The translations under genes were made by a program, and so were the position numbers. Of a stretch of 64,000 nucleotides of DNA, positions 63,370 through 64,000 are shown piece by piece. How positions within the stretch are numbered: position 1 is the first letter of the stretch; each line of letters opens with the position of its first letter. Location: assembly GCA_036785375.1 (NCBI GenBank), contig JAWMAR010000030.1:1984001-2048000 (forward strand). The letters run 5' to 3'. Origin of the DNA: Leucoraja ocellata (taxonomy: Eukaryota). A model generated the notes under the pieces. That model saw nothing but the letters and a program-made list of their open reading frames with translations. It did not search any database and was not told the origin of the DNA.

Positions 63370-63782
63370 TAGAACATAGACCTTAGTACATACAGCACAA
63401 GGACAAGGCCCTTCAGCCCAACATTTTATGCCATCTTGATACCAATCTAAACCAATCCCACCTATATCAACACGGTCCATATCCCTCGAATCTCTGCCTG
63501 TCTGTCTAACAACATTCATTATATCTGAAGGCAGACACAAAAATGCTGGGGTAACTCAGCGGGACAGGTAGCATCTCTGGAGAGAAGGAATGGGTGAGTT
63601 GTTACTCAGACAGTTATTATATCTGCTTCTATAATCTCTCCTGGTGCCATATGGCTGAAACCAATCACCTACTTACTGTCTCTAATAAACTTGCCATACC
63701 CTTCTCCTTAAATCTTTCTTCCTCTCAGTGTAAATACCTTCCCAGTATTTGAAATTGCGATCCTGGGAAAAAGATTCTGTCT
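63370..63782 (-). mobile_element. CR1 3' fragment with nested hammerhead-family insert (63528-63615)
   Basis: CR1 reverse tail TACAGCACAAGGACAAGGCCCTTCAGCCCA; insert flanked by ATTATATCTG at 63518-63527 and 63616-63625. Confidence 0.78.
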
Positions 63783-63849
63783 TGGCTAATATTTAAAAAG
63801 GGTTGCGAGGCCATGACAGGGAGCCACAGGCCTGGAGGCCTAACATCAC

Positions 63850-64000
63850 TGTTGTATATTTGGATGCTTGGAACAGACTTCAATAAGGCTCAGACACGGG
63901 AGTAATCTTACAAGCTACTTTATTGCAGGATGCCACCTTGAGTCTCCCCGTGCACATGTGTACTTGCACCAGACATCACAAGACATCACATATACTAATT
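63850..64000 (-). mobile_element. Possible LTR cut by the window edge
   Basis: TGTTGTATA terminus, then CTTTATT (AATAAAG on the minus strand) and GACATCAC repeats, a layout similar to 57697-57962. Confidence 0.35.

Noticed and set aside
5897-63615. Repeated palindromic units as a CRISPR array or bacterial REP elements
   Set aside because: Copies are dispersed with no regular repeat-spacer period, there are no cas genes, and the context is vertebrate
1-64000. Short six-frame ORFs (60-134 aa) as host genes
   Set aside because: None resembles a cellular protein I recognise. Those with recognisable motifs are LINE or Penelope fragments or SINE read-throughs, and the rest fit chance ORFs.

Overview
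This is AT-rich vertebrate genomic DNA, most likely from an elasmobranch (skate or ray), judged from several HE1-type tRNA/V-domain SINEs with (CTAAA)n tails and their CR1 partner LINEs. I recognise no host protein-coding exon. The supplied ORFs are either chance ORFs or decayed retrotransposon fragments, so the window looks like a large intron or gene desert. It contains fragments of CR1, Rex1/Babar, RTE, L2 and Penelope retroelements, HE1 and Deu-type SINEs, PIF/Harbinger-like MITEs and a probable solo LTR, separated by unique stretches that could be regulatory. The most notable signal is a dispersed family of short (about 100-220 bp) Penelope-terminal-repeat-derived elements, with more than 20 copies or fragments. 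They carry a minimal hammerhead ribozyme core (CTGANGA-A-stem II-GAAACGTY), show compensatory stem changes between subfamilies, often form fold-back palindromes joined at the ribozyme, and are flanked by 10-17 bp target-site duplications. All family assignments come from pattern recognition by eye, without database searches, and boundaries of old elements are approximate.
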